Origin: Octopus vulgaris
Taxonomy: Eukaryota
Length of the DNA: 64,000 nt
Assembly: GCA_951406725.2 (NCBI GenBank)
Contig: OX597821.1
Coordinates: 57,288,001-57,352,000 of the forward strand
Direction: 5' to 3'
Positions 53,447-64,000 of the stretch are shown here, piece by piece (position 1 is the stretch's first letter; every line of letters begins with the position of its first letter). The position numbers were made by a program, and so were the translations under genes. The notes under the pieces are model-generated. The model made no database searches. It was not told the origin of the DNA and was given only the letters and a program-made list of their open reading frames with translations.

Positions 53447-53756
53447 ACATGTCTTCTTTTGTCTATCTCATCTTATTTATCTCCTTTTAGCTTATATACC
53501 TTGTATTATCTACTTAGCCTTCTCTATCTTGCTGTATTGTCTTATCTGTCTTGTTTACCTCATCTCATCCTGTCTACATTGTCTTGTCTTGTGTATTTTG
53601 TTTTGTTTGTTATTATATTATCTTTTCTGTCCCTATCTTGTTTTGTGTATCTGTATAGTGCATATGTATCAAACAGAAATGGCCACAAGCAAATTGGTCA
53701 GTACTGTTTCATACATTGTATCATTGGTGATAAGGTCTTTGTTTATCCATTTCTAG

Positions 53757-53845
53757 ATACCAGCCAATGCTATTCTGCCATCTTAGGACTGATGCAATTA
53801 ATCCAAGAAAGTGACATCAGTATTAAGCTGGAATGCAGTAAGCAG
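53757..53845 (+). CDS. NBEAL1: NBEAL exon 17 (TSQCYSAILGLMQLIQESDISIKLECSKQ)
   Basis: ttctag acceptor, gttagt donor, phase 1 to 0. Confidence 0.88.
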
Positions 53846-53907
53846 GTTAGTACTTTGTTAATTTCACTATTAGCTTCTTTTTTTTTTTTTTTTTTGCTGT
53901 AGAAACA

Positions 53908-54276
53908 TTATTACCTCTGTCTTAGCGAAGGTGGTGGTATTGTTTGTTTGTTTGTTTGTTTGTCTCTGGACAAGATATCTCAAGAACTGCTGGATAGATT
54001 TGGATGAAATTTTAAGGGATGTTTGGCCTTGTGACTGGCACAAACAGATTAGATTTTGGGATTGATCAGGTACCAGACAAAGATTCTGGATTATTTTTCC
54101 CTTTTTTTTTAACTTAATTTTTGAGAGCAGTCGGATTCATTTTTAGTATTCTCATTTGTGAGAGCAGTTGAGTTTTATTTCAAGTATTCTCAATTTAAAA
54201 AATCGTCTCTGGCTAAAGATTGAGGGGATGTTGGTGTTGCCTTGGTGGAGATTTGCACTCTCTGAGTGCTCTTGTT
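53908..54276 (+). mobile_element. Helentron-associated (HINE-like) non-autonomous element
   Basis: 5' ttattacctctgtc, (GTTT)n, subterminal ccttggtggag, 3' hairpin gcactc-tct-gagtgc, T-rich ends. Confidence 0.7.
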
Positions 54277-55921
54277 GTCTCTTTTATTGATTACTTAAGT
54301 ATTGTCTCAAGTCCTAGGACTCAGGAGTGGTTACCCTGTTTTTATGACATATAGGTGGCTGAGATCACATTTCTCCTGAAAGGGATGCCAGTCTATTGCA
54401 GGTTTCCTCATTTACGGTTGAGTGAACTGAAGCAACATGAAATGAAGTGTTTGTTTAAGAATGTAATACATTGCCTAGTCCAGGAATTGAAACCACAGTC
54501 TTGCAATCATGAGTGTAACACCCTAACTACTTGGCCACACTCCTTCACTACTTGATAGTAACATTCTACTCCATAGTAGCAGTTGCCCCTGAATGGGGAG
54601 CTAGTCCATCACAGGGACAACTTCTAAGCTATTGCCAGAACTCTTTTATAGCTAAGTGAACCGGAACAATGTGGAATGAAGTGTTCTACTCAAGAACACA
54701 ATGTACTGCCCAGTGCAGGAATCGAAACTGTGATCTTGTGATTGTGAGTGCAACATCCTAACCACTTGGCCACATGCCTTCACATTGATTATTTAACATA
54801 TCCCAATTATTTTTTGTTTAACTCTGTTGATTCTTGGCAGTACAAATTGTCATTATTAATCTCTTTCAATTACGATAATTGTGTTCAGTTACTACAATAT
54901 ACTGTGATACTATGACCTTTTTGAGCCTAACCTCAAGTTTCTTTTATAAACTGCTACACATCTATAATCCTATGACTGAATCACATTCAAAAGGCTAGGC
55001 TTGCTATTTATTGCCACTAAATACTTCGGCCCAGACTAACGTGCTGCTCTTATGTTTTAGAATGATGGTGGTGTTCTACTCATTCTCACACTCATAAATA
55101 TTTTAGACTCTACTCGACAAAAATTTACCTGAGTTGATTGGCAAATCGTAGGTCACGTGCACTTTCTGCAAACTAGTAATTATGGAGCAATCTAACCCAA
55201 CTCCATTCAACTTATCTTGTAATCATTTAACTTCCATTTTCCATGCTAGCTTGGATTAGACAGTTTGACAGAGTCTGGCAAATCACAGAAGGCTGCATCA
55301 AACTCCAATATCAGCTTTGGCATTATTTCTATGGCTGGATGCCCCTTCTAATGCTAACCTGTTTACAGAATGTACTGGGTGTTTTTTTTTATGTAACACT
55401 GGCATTAATGAGGTTCCAAAATAACTTACTAGGCAAAGTTAAAAAAAGGGAAAAGCCACTGAGTGAATGTGTATTTGAGATAGAGAGAAAGAGAGAGGTG
55501 GATTTATGCCAGGTGTTGAAGGCTGAAGTTCGATAAGGGGACAAGCACAGGTGTTTTGTTACAGAGGTGATAAATGGGTACCCCACATTTTGCAAACGAG
55601 GATGCGAGCAGCTGAAAGAGAGATGGAGATGGAGGCTACAGGGTTCCAGAATATACTTTCAAGGTACAAAAAGGTGAGTATAAGGGAGAATATAGACTGT
55701 GGATGAGGGGAGAAGGAAAGGATAGGTAATTCTATAAAGAGAGTTGTAGATTGTTTGAAATTGTAAATCAAAAAATGATCCCTTTGACAGTGAATATGTT
55801 CAGGAATATTTTTCCCTTTTTTGATCAAAATAAAAAGGAAGAAAATTCATCAGATAAAAAAAAGTAATATAAACAGCAATGTTTTACAGTTTTATTTCTT
55901 ATTTTTCTTATTTTTCTTCAG

Positions 55922-56650
55922 ATTCTTAAAATGTTGGTGACTGTAAATGGTGCTGCCAAGAACTTTGCCAAACAACTATGCTGGCAGGAAATTTTATGCA
56001 AATTATTTATTTATTATCCCAAATCCACGTGTACCATGTCCAATTCTTTTTCCCATCCAATATTAAAAGCCAGTGAAGACTGCACCCTGAGAATGCCCTC
56101 ATCCGTTTCCAGTTATGTGATCTCAAAATCTGGCGAAGATTTAGGGAATGATGTTGAAGTCAGTTCCCAAAAGATGTTTCTAGATATTCGACCATCTGTA
56201 CCCCCCCAGTCATTACTGTCACCTTGCAGCCTTGTTGGCACGCCTATGTATGATCAGCTGAAGTCTGAGTACTGGGGATTAGAAGATACAGAAGACAGGG
56301 AGAGGTCAATGAGCCGTAGCTCAAGCACCAGTATCGAAGATCTGAGCAGTCTGAGAGGGAGTGGGAAGAGTGCGGAGTCCCTGTCAAATGGATTGATACC
56401 TCACAGTGAGAGTTTTATCGACATTCCTACTGTGCCAGAAGAAGCTGAGAATGAAGAGTTGCTTCGAATCCGTAAACCCTCAGTGCTAGAGGCTGAGGCT
56501 TTCCAGAAAGCACTGGATAGTCTTGGCATTCCAAAGATTTATGTGCAGGAGTCTGTAGACGATAGTGATGAGTTTATGGAGAATATGTTGATGGTACTGG
56601 CATTGATAACAATGAAAGGTGTTGAGGGCTCTGATAAAGCAGCTTGGAGG
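55922..56650 (+). CDS. NBEAL1: NBEAL exon 18 (ILKMLVTVNGAAKNFAKQLCWQEILCKLF...Ser-rich linker...GVEGSDKAAWR)
   Basis: cttcag acceptor, gtaagt donor, 243 codons, phase 0 to 0; WQ-L--LF and GVEGSD--AWR motifs. Confidence 0.95.
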
Positions 56651-58233
56651 GTAAGTAAACTTTTTAGAATTATTGAGAATTGTGTTTATGATCATAATAT
56701 CAATTTGTTTTATTAACTGTTCTTCCTTTTTATCAACATAGATCACTACTCATTGTTTTAGACTTTTGGTGCCATGTAAAAGAGCACCTGTGGCGGTGCC
56801 ATGTAAAAGAGCACCTGTGGCAGTGCCATGTAAAAAGCAGCTGGTAACTTCAGTAAAATGGTTGGCATAAGGAAGGGCATCCAGCCATAGAAACCATGCC
56901 AAAGCAGACAGTTGGAGCCTGGTGCATCTCTCCATATTGCCAGTTCCTATCAAATCATCTTACATATCATCTTGCATTGAAGATAGACGTTAAATGATGA
57001 TGATGTTTTAGATTAACTTAGGTTTGTCATGAGTTCATAAGACTTGAGTTTAACTCAGTGTCCATAGCATGTAAATGACTGAGATTACAAAGCTACCACC
57101 TGGATGGGATGCAAGTCCATTCCAGGATTAACTTCCCAGCTATTGCTGAAACTCATTTACAGCTGGGTGGACTGGAACATTGTAAAATGAAGTATCAAGC
57201 CCAAGAACACAACACACCATCTAACCCAATGGTTCTCAACCTTTTTTAATATCTGGGTTTGGTCCGAAACGTGGATTTTTCTAAGGGGCCTGCACTGAAA
57301 TAAGTAAAACACAAGTCAATTAAAGAAAAATATTTATTTATAGATGGAAACCCATCAGGGGCTGCCAGAATCACGCCCTGGGAGCTGTGTTTGAAAATTG
57401 CTACTCAATTTACTAGGCCACTTGCTTCCACATTCTTTAACTTATTAGTTCTAAATCGTTCTGGTTGGAATACGAGCCTTGCCACATTTATACCAAAGAG
57501 AAAATAAATTATTCATTGTACTTCTTCAGTTGTAGTCAACAAAATCTAGTTAAGTTTGTTTAAACTGATTTAATGCCTAGCAGTTTATGGTAAACATCAT
57601 CATCATCATCATCATCATCATCGTGAACAGTGTCCGTTTTTCATGCTGGTATGGGTTGGTCAACACTTTAGAATAAATAAACCGACAAGACTATCACACT
57701 AGATGTGCTGCATTGTTGATGTTTAACCACAGGTCAACCACAACTAAGCAGATCTATGATCAACTGTGTTCCAGCTTTAAACATCCCAAGGTTGTCTGAG
57801 GTACAGATTATAAGGACCACATCGTCCAAAGTGTCCTTCTTCTTTTACAATGACAGGAGATGGTTTTTGGGAGATTTGGCTATTATTTCTTGCACCTCAA
57901 GTAAATTCATAAAACTTGACCTTCTAAATATTATAGCTAAATTTCCCTCAAAATCAACCCACTACCATCTTAAAATGGGACATGCTATGTTTTCCTGCCG
58001 TCTGAAACCATGCTCTGATTGGTCATTGCGTGGCAGTATTGTCTGCCTCATAAGGTTGTTATCTGATCTGTGTCACTAAGTTTGGAGATACTTGCTGCTG
58101 GAGAAGTCACTATATGGTAGTTTTTACTTGTTGGGTTTCATAATAACTGATTGATGTTGATGACCCAGAGAGAAAACTGATGGAGCTGACATACCCGGAC
58201 TACATTTTAACTATAGACATGTGTTATTTACAG

Positions 58234-58366
58234 GAAAGGGGTCAAGTGTTCTCTTGCCTTGATAAAATGAACCAATCATATGAACTACTGAAACATCCAA
58301 ATGAGTTAAAGCGCCGTCTTCTTGAAATATTGCTCATCTCATGCACGTACTATGTGCGGGATTCAG
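58234..58366 (+). CDS. NBEAL1: NBEAL exon 19 (ERGQVFSCLDK...ELKRRLLE...VRDS)
   Basis: ttacag acceptor, gttagt donor, phase 0 to 1. Confidence 0.93.
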
Positions 58367-58636
58367 GTTAGTGTTATTCTCTCTCTCTAGCTCTCCTTCT
58401 TTCTCTCTCTCTCTCTCACTCTTTCCCTCTCTCTCTCTATCATACTCTCTCTATTCTCTCTCTCTCTCTCTCTCTTAGAGTGATTCATGAGAAATTTGTG
58501 ACATTAAAAGATGTAATGAAAAAATGGAAATTAAATCCAAATTCCCTAATTTCTCATCTGACTGTCTTGCTGTTTCTTCTCTTCATCTTTTTCTTTTTTC
58601 ACTGCTTACATATGGTCTTATTATATGTATAAGTGA

Positions 58637-58849
58637 AGGCAGCAAGCTGGCAGAATCGTTAGCACACCAGGCAAAATGCTTAGCGGCATTTCATCTGTCC
58701 TTACGTTCTGAGTTCAAATTCCATCGAGGTCAGCTTTGCCTTTCACCTTTTCAGGGTCAGTGAAATAAGTACCATTGAAACACTGGGGTCGATGTAATCG
58801 AATAGCCTCCTCCCCCAAAATTTCAGACCTTGTGCCTATAGCTGAAAGC
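58637..58849 (+). mobile_element. SINE family C with TSD
   Basis: attatatgtataagtga at 58620-58636 and 58850-58866. Confidence 0.85.
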
Positions 58850-59032
58850 ATTATATGTATAAGTGATGTGTGTGTGTGTGTGTTTGAGTGTAAAATAAAT
58901 AATGTCTGACCAAATCAAATCATTGTCTCACTACAAGGCAGATGCTTAAGTATTCTTTTCTTAAAGTGAATGGTTGTGCTTCTGTCTTTTCACATGATCC
59001 CTCATGTTGAGCATTTGCCTTCTCCTTTACAG

Positions 59033-59139
59033 GTCAATCCATGGCTTACCACACAGAAAATGCTGTTGAATTAATCAAGATTGTACAGGATTTCATTATG
59101 GATAACATCAATGGTAGTGACTTTGTATATAGTGAAAGG
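59033..59139 (+). CDS. NBEAL1: NBEAL exon 20 (QSMAYHTENAVELIKIVQDF...YSER)
   Basis: ttacag acceptor, gtatgt donor, phase 1 to 0. Confidence 0.9.
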
Positions 59140-59603
59140 GTATGTTAATTTGATACAAAGATCATCATCATCATCATCATCATCGTTTAACGTCTGTTTT
59201 CCATACTAGCATGGGTTGGATGATATTAATGCATATTTGTACCATCAGTTTTATAGAGGCACGCACATACACTCTCTCTCTCTCTCTTACACATACATAT
59301 TTAGGAATTAGTTTATTATATATGTCAAGAAATTAGGTAATATTTCGTTTTGGGATTTGGTTTGCAAGATTCCTTATGCGAGTTCGTGTGTTGAAGCATA
59401 TTCTGTTGGATCTGGGGAGAATCATTCTCTTTTAGTGCCTTATAATCTAACACACTCACCGGTAAAGTTTCCATTCATTTATTTATTTATTTTTCTAAAA
59501 TTTTCATTGCATCTTGCAACCTTTTCAATAGTTATTGACTCTTAGGTAATATTACTCTACTTTAATTTTCAGCAAGTATCTGTGTGTGTGTGTGTGTGTG
59601 TGC

Positions 59604-59673
<70 letters not shown>

Positions 59674-60149
59674 TTAACGTCCGCTTTCCATGCTAGCATG
59701 GGTTGGACGGTTCAACTGGAGTCTGGGGAGCCCGAAGGCTGCACCATATATATATATATATATTATGAGAAATTGTTATAAGTACAAGTTTATAATATGT
59801 CATTAGTTTCTACATATATGACACCAGGTGGCTTGTGGTAGTAATTAATTGCAGATTGTTGAGGCAGCCAAGCAATGTGTGCCTCCATTCTTGCCATATC
59901 AGATATTTGTATGGATATCTGCAGGTTCTCAGAGACTGAACTAAACATACAGAAACTGTCTTCTAAGTAACTTCTTTGAATGTGGCATGGTTTTTCCTTC
60001 TCTCCCAGGATGTAGTTATTGCTGTGGTTATCTGTAAAAGAGCAACACAATCTGTCTTTAGATGCGATGATAAAAATCTTGTTAAAATGTTTGCTGATGT
60101 TCAGTTTTTTCTTCATGCAATCCAAGAAACTTATTCTCATTCATCAACA

Positions 60150-60745
60150 CAACCAATCACCACCACCAGACCCCCAACCAATCACCAGACCCTGACCAAT
60201 CACCACCACCAGACCCCCAGCCAATTACTACCACCAAATCCCGACCAATTACCACCACCAAATCCTGACCAGTCACCACCACCAGACCCCACCAATTAAC
60301 CACCACCAGACCCCACCAATTAACCACCACCAGACCCACAACCACTCACCACCACCAGACCCACAACCACTCACCACCACCAGACCCACAACCAAGCACC
60401 ACCATCAGACCCACAACCAAGCACTATCACCAGACCCACAACCAATCACCACCACCAGACCCCCAATCAATCACCACCACCAGACCCCCGATCAATCACC
60501 ATCACAAACCTTACCTATCACCACCACAGTCCCCATCTATCACCACCCCAGATCCCACCAATCACCACCACCAGACCTCAACAAATCACTGCCATAGACC
60601 CCCCCCCACCCCAATTTCCACCACAGACCCAACCAATCACCACCACAACCCCCTACCAATCACCACTACAGACCCCATCAATCACCACCATCAGACCCAA
60701 GCAATCACCACCACAGACCCAACCAACAAACACACCAACTGACAC
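60150..60745. repeat. C-rich minisatellite, ~23-bp unit (accaatcaccaccaccagacccc)
   Basis: Roughly 25 degenerate tandem units. Confidence 0.9.
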
Positions 60746-60825
60746 ACATTTCTTCCAGTTGTCTGTATTTGTACATCAAAAGTCTGTCTGCATGTGACTA
60801 ATAATTCTCAAATTTCTCTCTTCAG

Positions 60826-60957
60826 TTGGTAGAGGATGTTATGGCTTTACTAGAAGCTTTATCTGTCTGGGACACTCAATCAGAATCAGAATGGCGAGAA
60901 ATGGTTCATATTGGGTTCCGGATCTTATTATCATTTGCTTGTCGACCAGAACTTGAG
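60826..60957 (+). CDS. NBEAL1: NBEAL exon 21 (LVEDVMALLEALSVWD...EWREMVHIGFRILLSF...ELE)
   Basis: cttcag acceptor, gtaaag donor, phase 0 to 0. Confidence 0.93.
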
Positions 60958-61369
60958 GTAAAGCAGTTTTCCTCAATATTTTTGCCTTATGAAATTTGCA
61001 ATAATATTTCAACACAGATAAACTGTTTCTTTCTTTTTAATCTTTCTGTTTTCTTTCCCTTCTTGTATATTGATTAAATCATTAACTTAATTATCATTGA
61101 TTATATTGATTAAATGTTTAATTATCTGTAATTAGATGTTGTTAATGAGAATATATATTTTTAGCATTAGACCTAATCTTTGAAAAAGAAACTTTTTTAG
61201 TATTAACATCTACATTATATTTTCACCATCATAACGTCTCAGTGATATATAACTTTTGTTTTTTTAATCTTGAGTTCTTGACATATCCTTTTACACTTTA
61301 AGTTTTTCCTTTTCAAAGTCACTAAATAGAAAAAAAAAAACTACAGGTTTTCTTTAAAACTTATTGCAG

Positions 61370-61490
61370 TTGTGTGCTGTTGCAACGGCTCGATTGCATT
61401 CATTGGTGCAGACGAGAATCTTAACAAGTTCAGCTGAAGCCTCTTATCTTGTGGGGACACTGTACAATCACTTGCAGCTTGCAATAAATG
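61370..61490 (+). CDS. NBEAL1: NBEAL exon 22 (LCAVATARLHSLVQTR...EASYLVG...LAIN)
   Basis: ttgcag acceptor; gttcgt donor is the one that keeps phase 1 with the next exon. Confidence 0.88.
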
Positions 61491-62306
61491 GTTCGTAAAC
61501 CTTCTTTCACATTTTTTTTTTGCTTCTCTCTCATTTTATTTATTTATTCTTATCTTTCACTATGGCCGTATCCTTTATAGTGTTGCTTTTGTCAGTGTAT
61601 AAGACGGTCTTTTTCTATCTTTAAATGTGTAATTGTAGTGTTATCATTATCATCGTTGTTTAACATCCGCTTTCATTGCTGGCATGGGTTGGATGGTTTG
61701 ACTGAGGACTGGCAAGCTGGGAAGCTGCAGCAGGCTCCAATCTGATCTGGCAAGGTTTCTACAGCTTGATGCCCTTCCTAATGCCAACCACTCTGAGATT
61801 GTAGGCAGTGCTTTTTATGTGCCACCAGCATAGGCATATAGTCGTAAATGAATGTCACCGTCATATTAGCAGTGTCATTCATTTCCAATATTTTGTGAAA
61901 ACATGTCTGGCCTTGAGGGAGTCTTACCTTGTGTGGAAACTGGTGAAGGTAGCAACAGGAAGGGCATTCAACTGTAGAAGATCTGCCTCAGCAAATTCTT
62001 TGTGCCCCATACAAACTTGGAAAAGTGGATGTTAAATGATGATAATAATAAATGAACCAAATAAAAAGAATAGTTTGGGTTTATTTTGTCTGAGAATCAA
62101 TTTCTTTTTCTTGCAATGTAATTCCTACAAAATAAAGTGTCATTTCTTTAAAAAAAAAATTCCACCATGTCTAGTCATTTGCCTTTTATAAGGCTCTGGT
62201 AGAGGGTTTTTAGATTTTGGTGTTGGGGTGTTGGTAGTTGTTGTGATGAAGATGATGTGAAAGATAGTGATAAGCAGGTTCATGTTTAATCATTGGTTTA
62301 TTTCAG

Positions 62307-62491
62307 AAAACAGCGATACTTACTCTTTTGTTATCCCAGTGTTAAAAGCTCTCATCGACAAATCTTACACACTACTGAATATGGAAATCTACCTGCCACA
62401 TTTACCACCAACTTCAAGAAGTCCAACATTTTTTGATGATTTCCGTGTATATTGTCAAGAGAAAGAATGGTCAGATTTTGTTAGCACTCAG
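62307..62491 (+). CDS. NBEAL1: NBEAL exon 23 (NSDTYSFVIPVLKAL...LPPTSRSPTFFDDF...EWSDFVSTQ), DUF4800 start
   Basis: tttcag acceptor, gtgagg donor, phase 1 to 0; LPPT-SPTFF-DF motif typical of NBEAL1/2. Confidence 0.95.
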
Positions 62492-62598
62492 GTGAGGATC
62501 AAAAGTATATTGTTTTATCTAAATTACAAAAACAAAATTAGCAAATTCAAAATATTCATTGTTCTCTACTAATTAAAAAAGAAAAGGAAGCTCATGTA

Positions 62599-62680
62599 CA
62601 ATAATCCGTCAACTATTGTGGGTGTTACATTCCAAATCCCCACACACAATAGGTGAAAATCTGCGTAGTAGAAATGGTAC
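62599..62680 (+). mobile_element. Tigger/pogo-like terminal fragment
   Basis: TA + caataatccgtcaactattgtgggtgttacattcc...aggtgaaaatctgcg resembles pogo-family ends; partner end not found. Confidence 0.4.
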
Positions 62681-63784
62681 TGTACTATATATATTTTTTT
62701 TTATTAGGTTTATAATTTGTATATATTAATTTTATTATAAATGTAAATTAACACCACGGAGGAATTGATGTAAGCTTAAATAATAAACCATGTTCGGGCG
62801 AGGGATTAATGTAATTTGGTCAAACAGTAAGAACACAAGGCATCCAAAGATGGTTTCTAGAAAGAGAGATAAAAGGCAAACACTTCAGAAACAAACCTAA
62901 AACAAACTCATTTGATAACATCTAGGATTGGACTAAACAGTAGCATTTAGGTAAGAATGGCAGAGGAAAGACGGAAATGAAGATTCTTGGTATTCAAACT
63001 GCTGAGAGCAGATGACCCCTTTTAGAGCACTCCGTCGGTTACGACGACAAGGGTCCCAGCTGATACAATCAACAGAACAGCTTGCTTGTGAAATTAACGT
63101 ATATGTGGCTGAGCACTCCACAGATACATGTACCCTTAACGTAATTCTCAGGGAGATTCAGTGTGATACTGAATATGATAAGGCCGGCCCTTTGAAATAC
63201 AAGGACTACTCATTTTTTGCCAGTTGAGTGGACTGGAGCAATGTGAAATAAAGTGTCTTGCTCAAGGACACACTGTGTCGCCAAGAATTGAACTCACAAC
63301 CTTACAATCGTGAGCCGAATGCCCTAACCACTAAGCCATGTGCCTTCACAGATGTTCACAGATGACCCCTAATAATGATGAAAATTACTGATAAAGAGAT
63401 TTTAAATAAAATTTTTACTCTATTTGGATGACCGGTGTCTAGTAAAAACATTCTCTTGACAAACCAGTTCTATGGTATATCTTGAACTCTCATTTATAAT
63501 AATTTTACCTTCAACTGTTGTTCGTGTCTTTATAAAAATACATCTTGTCATAGCTCTATGCGTTCCCTACCTTATGAATTAAAAACATTACCCCTTTGCT
63601 TCAATCCTCTGTGCCACTTCTCTTATATTTGCCTCCCTGTAACTTGAGGATGCACACGGACACATCTTCACCACCAAAGATAAGAATTAGTTATAGTTTT
63701 CATGAAGTGGAATTAAGGAATAGATGTTTGTTGCAATAACTTTCTGTTTGCCGTATCTCAGCATCTCATTGTTGTTTCTTCCAG

Positions 63785-63934
63785 ATCAACCCTCAATTAC
63801 AACAGTTTATAGAAAAAATCTTTTTGGAACACCAATCAGCGATGATCGAATTCTGGAGTGAATGCCATGAACAGATGATGTTGAACAAACACAAACGAAA
63901 CCTGGAGCAGGGAAAGAGCAAACTTGCTTTCCAG
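63785..63934 (+). CDS. NBEAL1: NBEAL exon 24 (INPQLQQF...MIEFWSECHEQMM...SKLAFQ)
   Basis: ttccag acceptor, gtagat donor, phase 0 to 0. Confidence 0.93.
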
Positions 63935-64000
63935 GTAGATTATGCTAGTTTTTCCATCCCAGCCATTCATGACATATCTTTGTTGGGTTTTTTTGGTTTT

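Noticed and set aside
56020-56560. Ser-rich stretch in exon 18 as a novel domain
   Set aside because: Low-complexity linker at a position where NBEAL1/2 proteins also have a variable region.
59976-60345. Pro/Thr-rich and Val/Trp-rich ORFs
   Set aside because: Translation artefacts of the C-rich minisatellite.

Overview
Eukaryotic, AT-rich, repeat-dense genomic DNA. The SINE families, RTE tails and microsatellite content suggest a coleoid cephalopod, most likely Octopus (inference). The whole window lies inside one + strand gene of the neurobeachin-like BEACH-domain family (NBEAL1/NBEAL2 co-ortholog). I reconstructed 24 consecutive internal coding exons (751-63934) by hand. All introns are GT-AG, all phases are compatible, and the exons total 4014 nt = 1338 codons with no in-frame stop. 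They cover the armadillo-like region, the ConA/laminin-G-like domain, DUF4704 and the start of DUF4800; the start codon and the PH-BEACH-WD40 end lie outside the window. The introns hold several tRNA-derived SINE families, 5'-truncated RTE LINEs, an R4/Dong-like fragment, a decayed mariner, piggyBac-, Tc1- and hAT-type MITEs, a Helentron-type element, foldback/Penelope-like palindromes and mini/microsatellites. I found no novel protein-coding system. The leads worth following are RNA-level: a 105/106-nt inverted copy bracketing exon 16, a candidate 24-nt microexon or recursive splice site in the longest intron, hammerhead-like relics (one in a tRNA-headed SINE), long foldbacks that could be ADAR substrates, and retroelements clustered at (TAA)n. 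Exon numbers are window-relative; repeat boundaries are approximate unless TIRs/TSDs are given.
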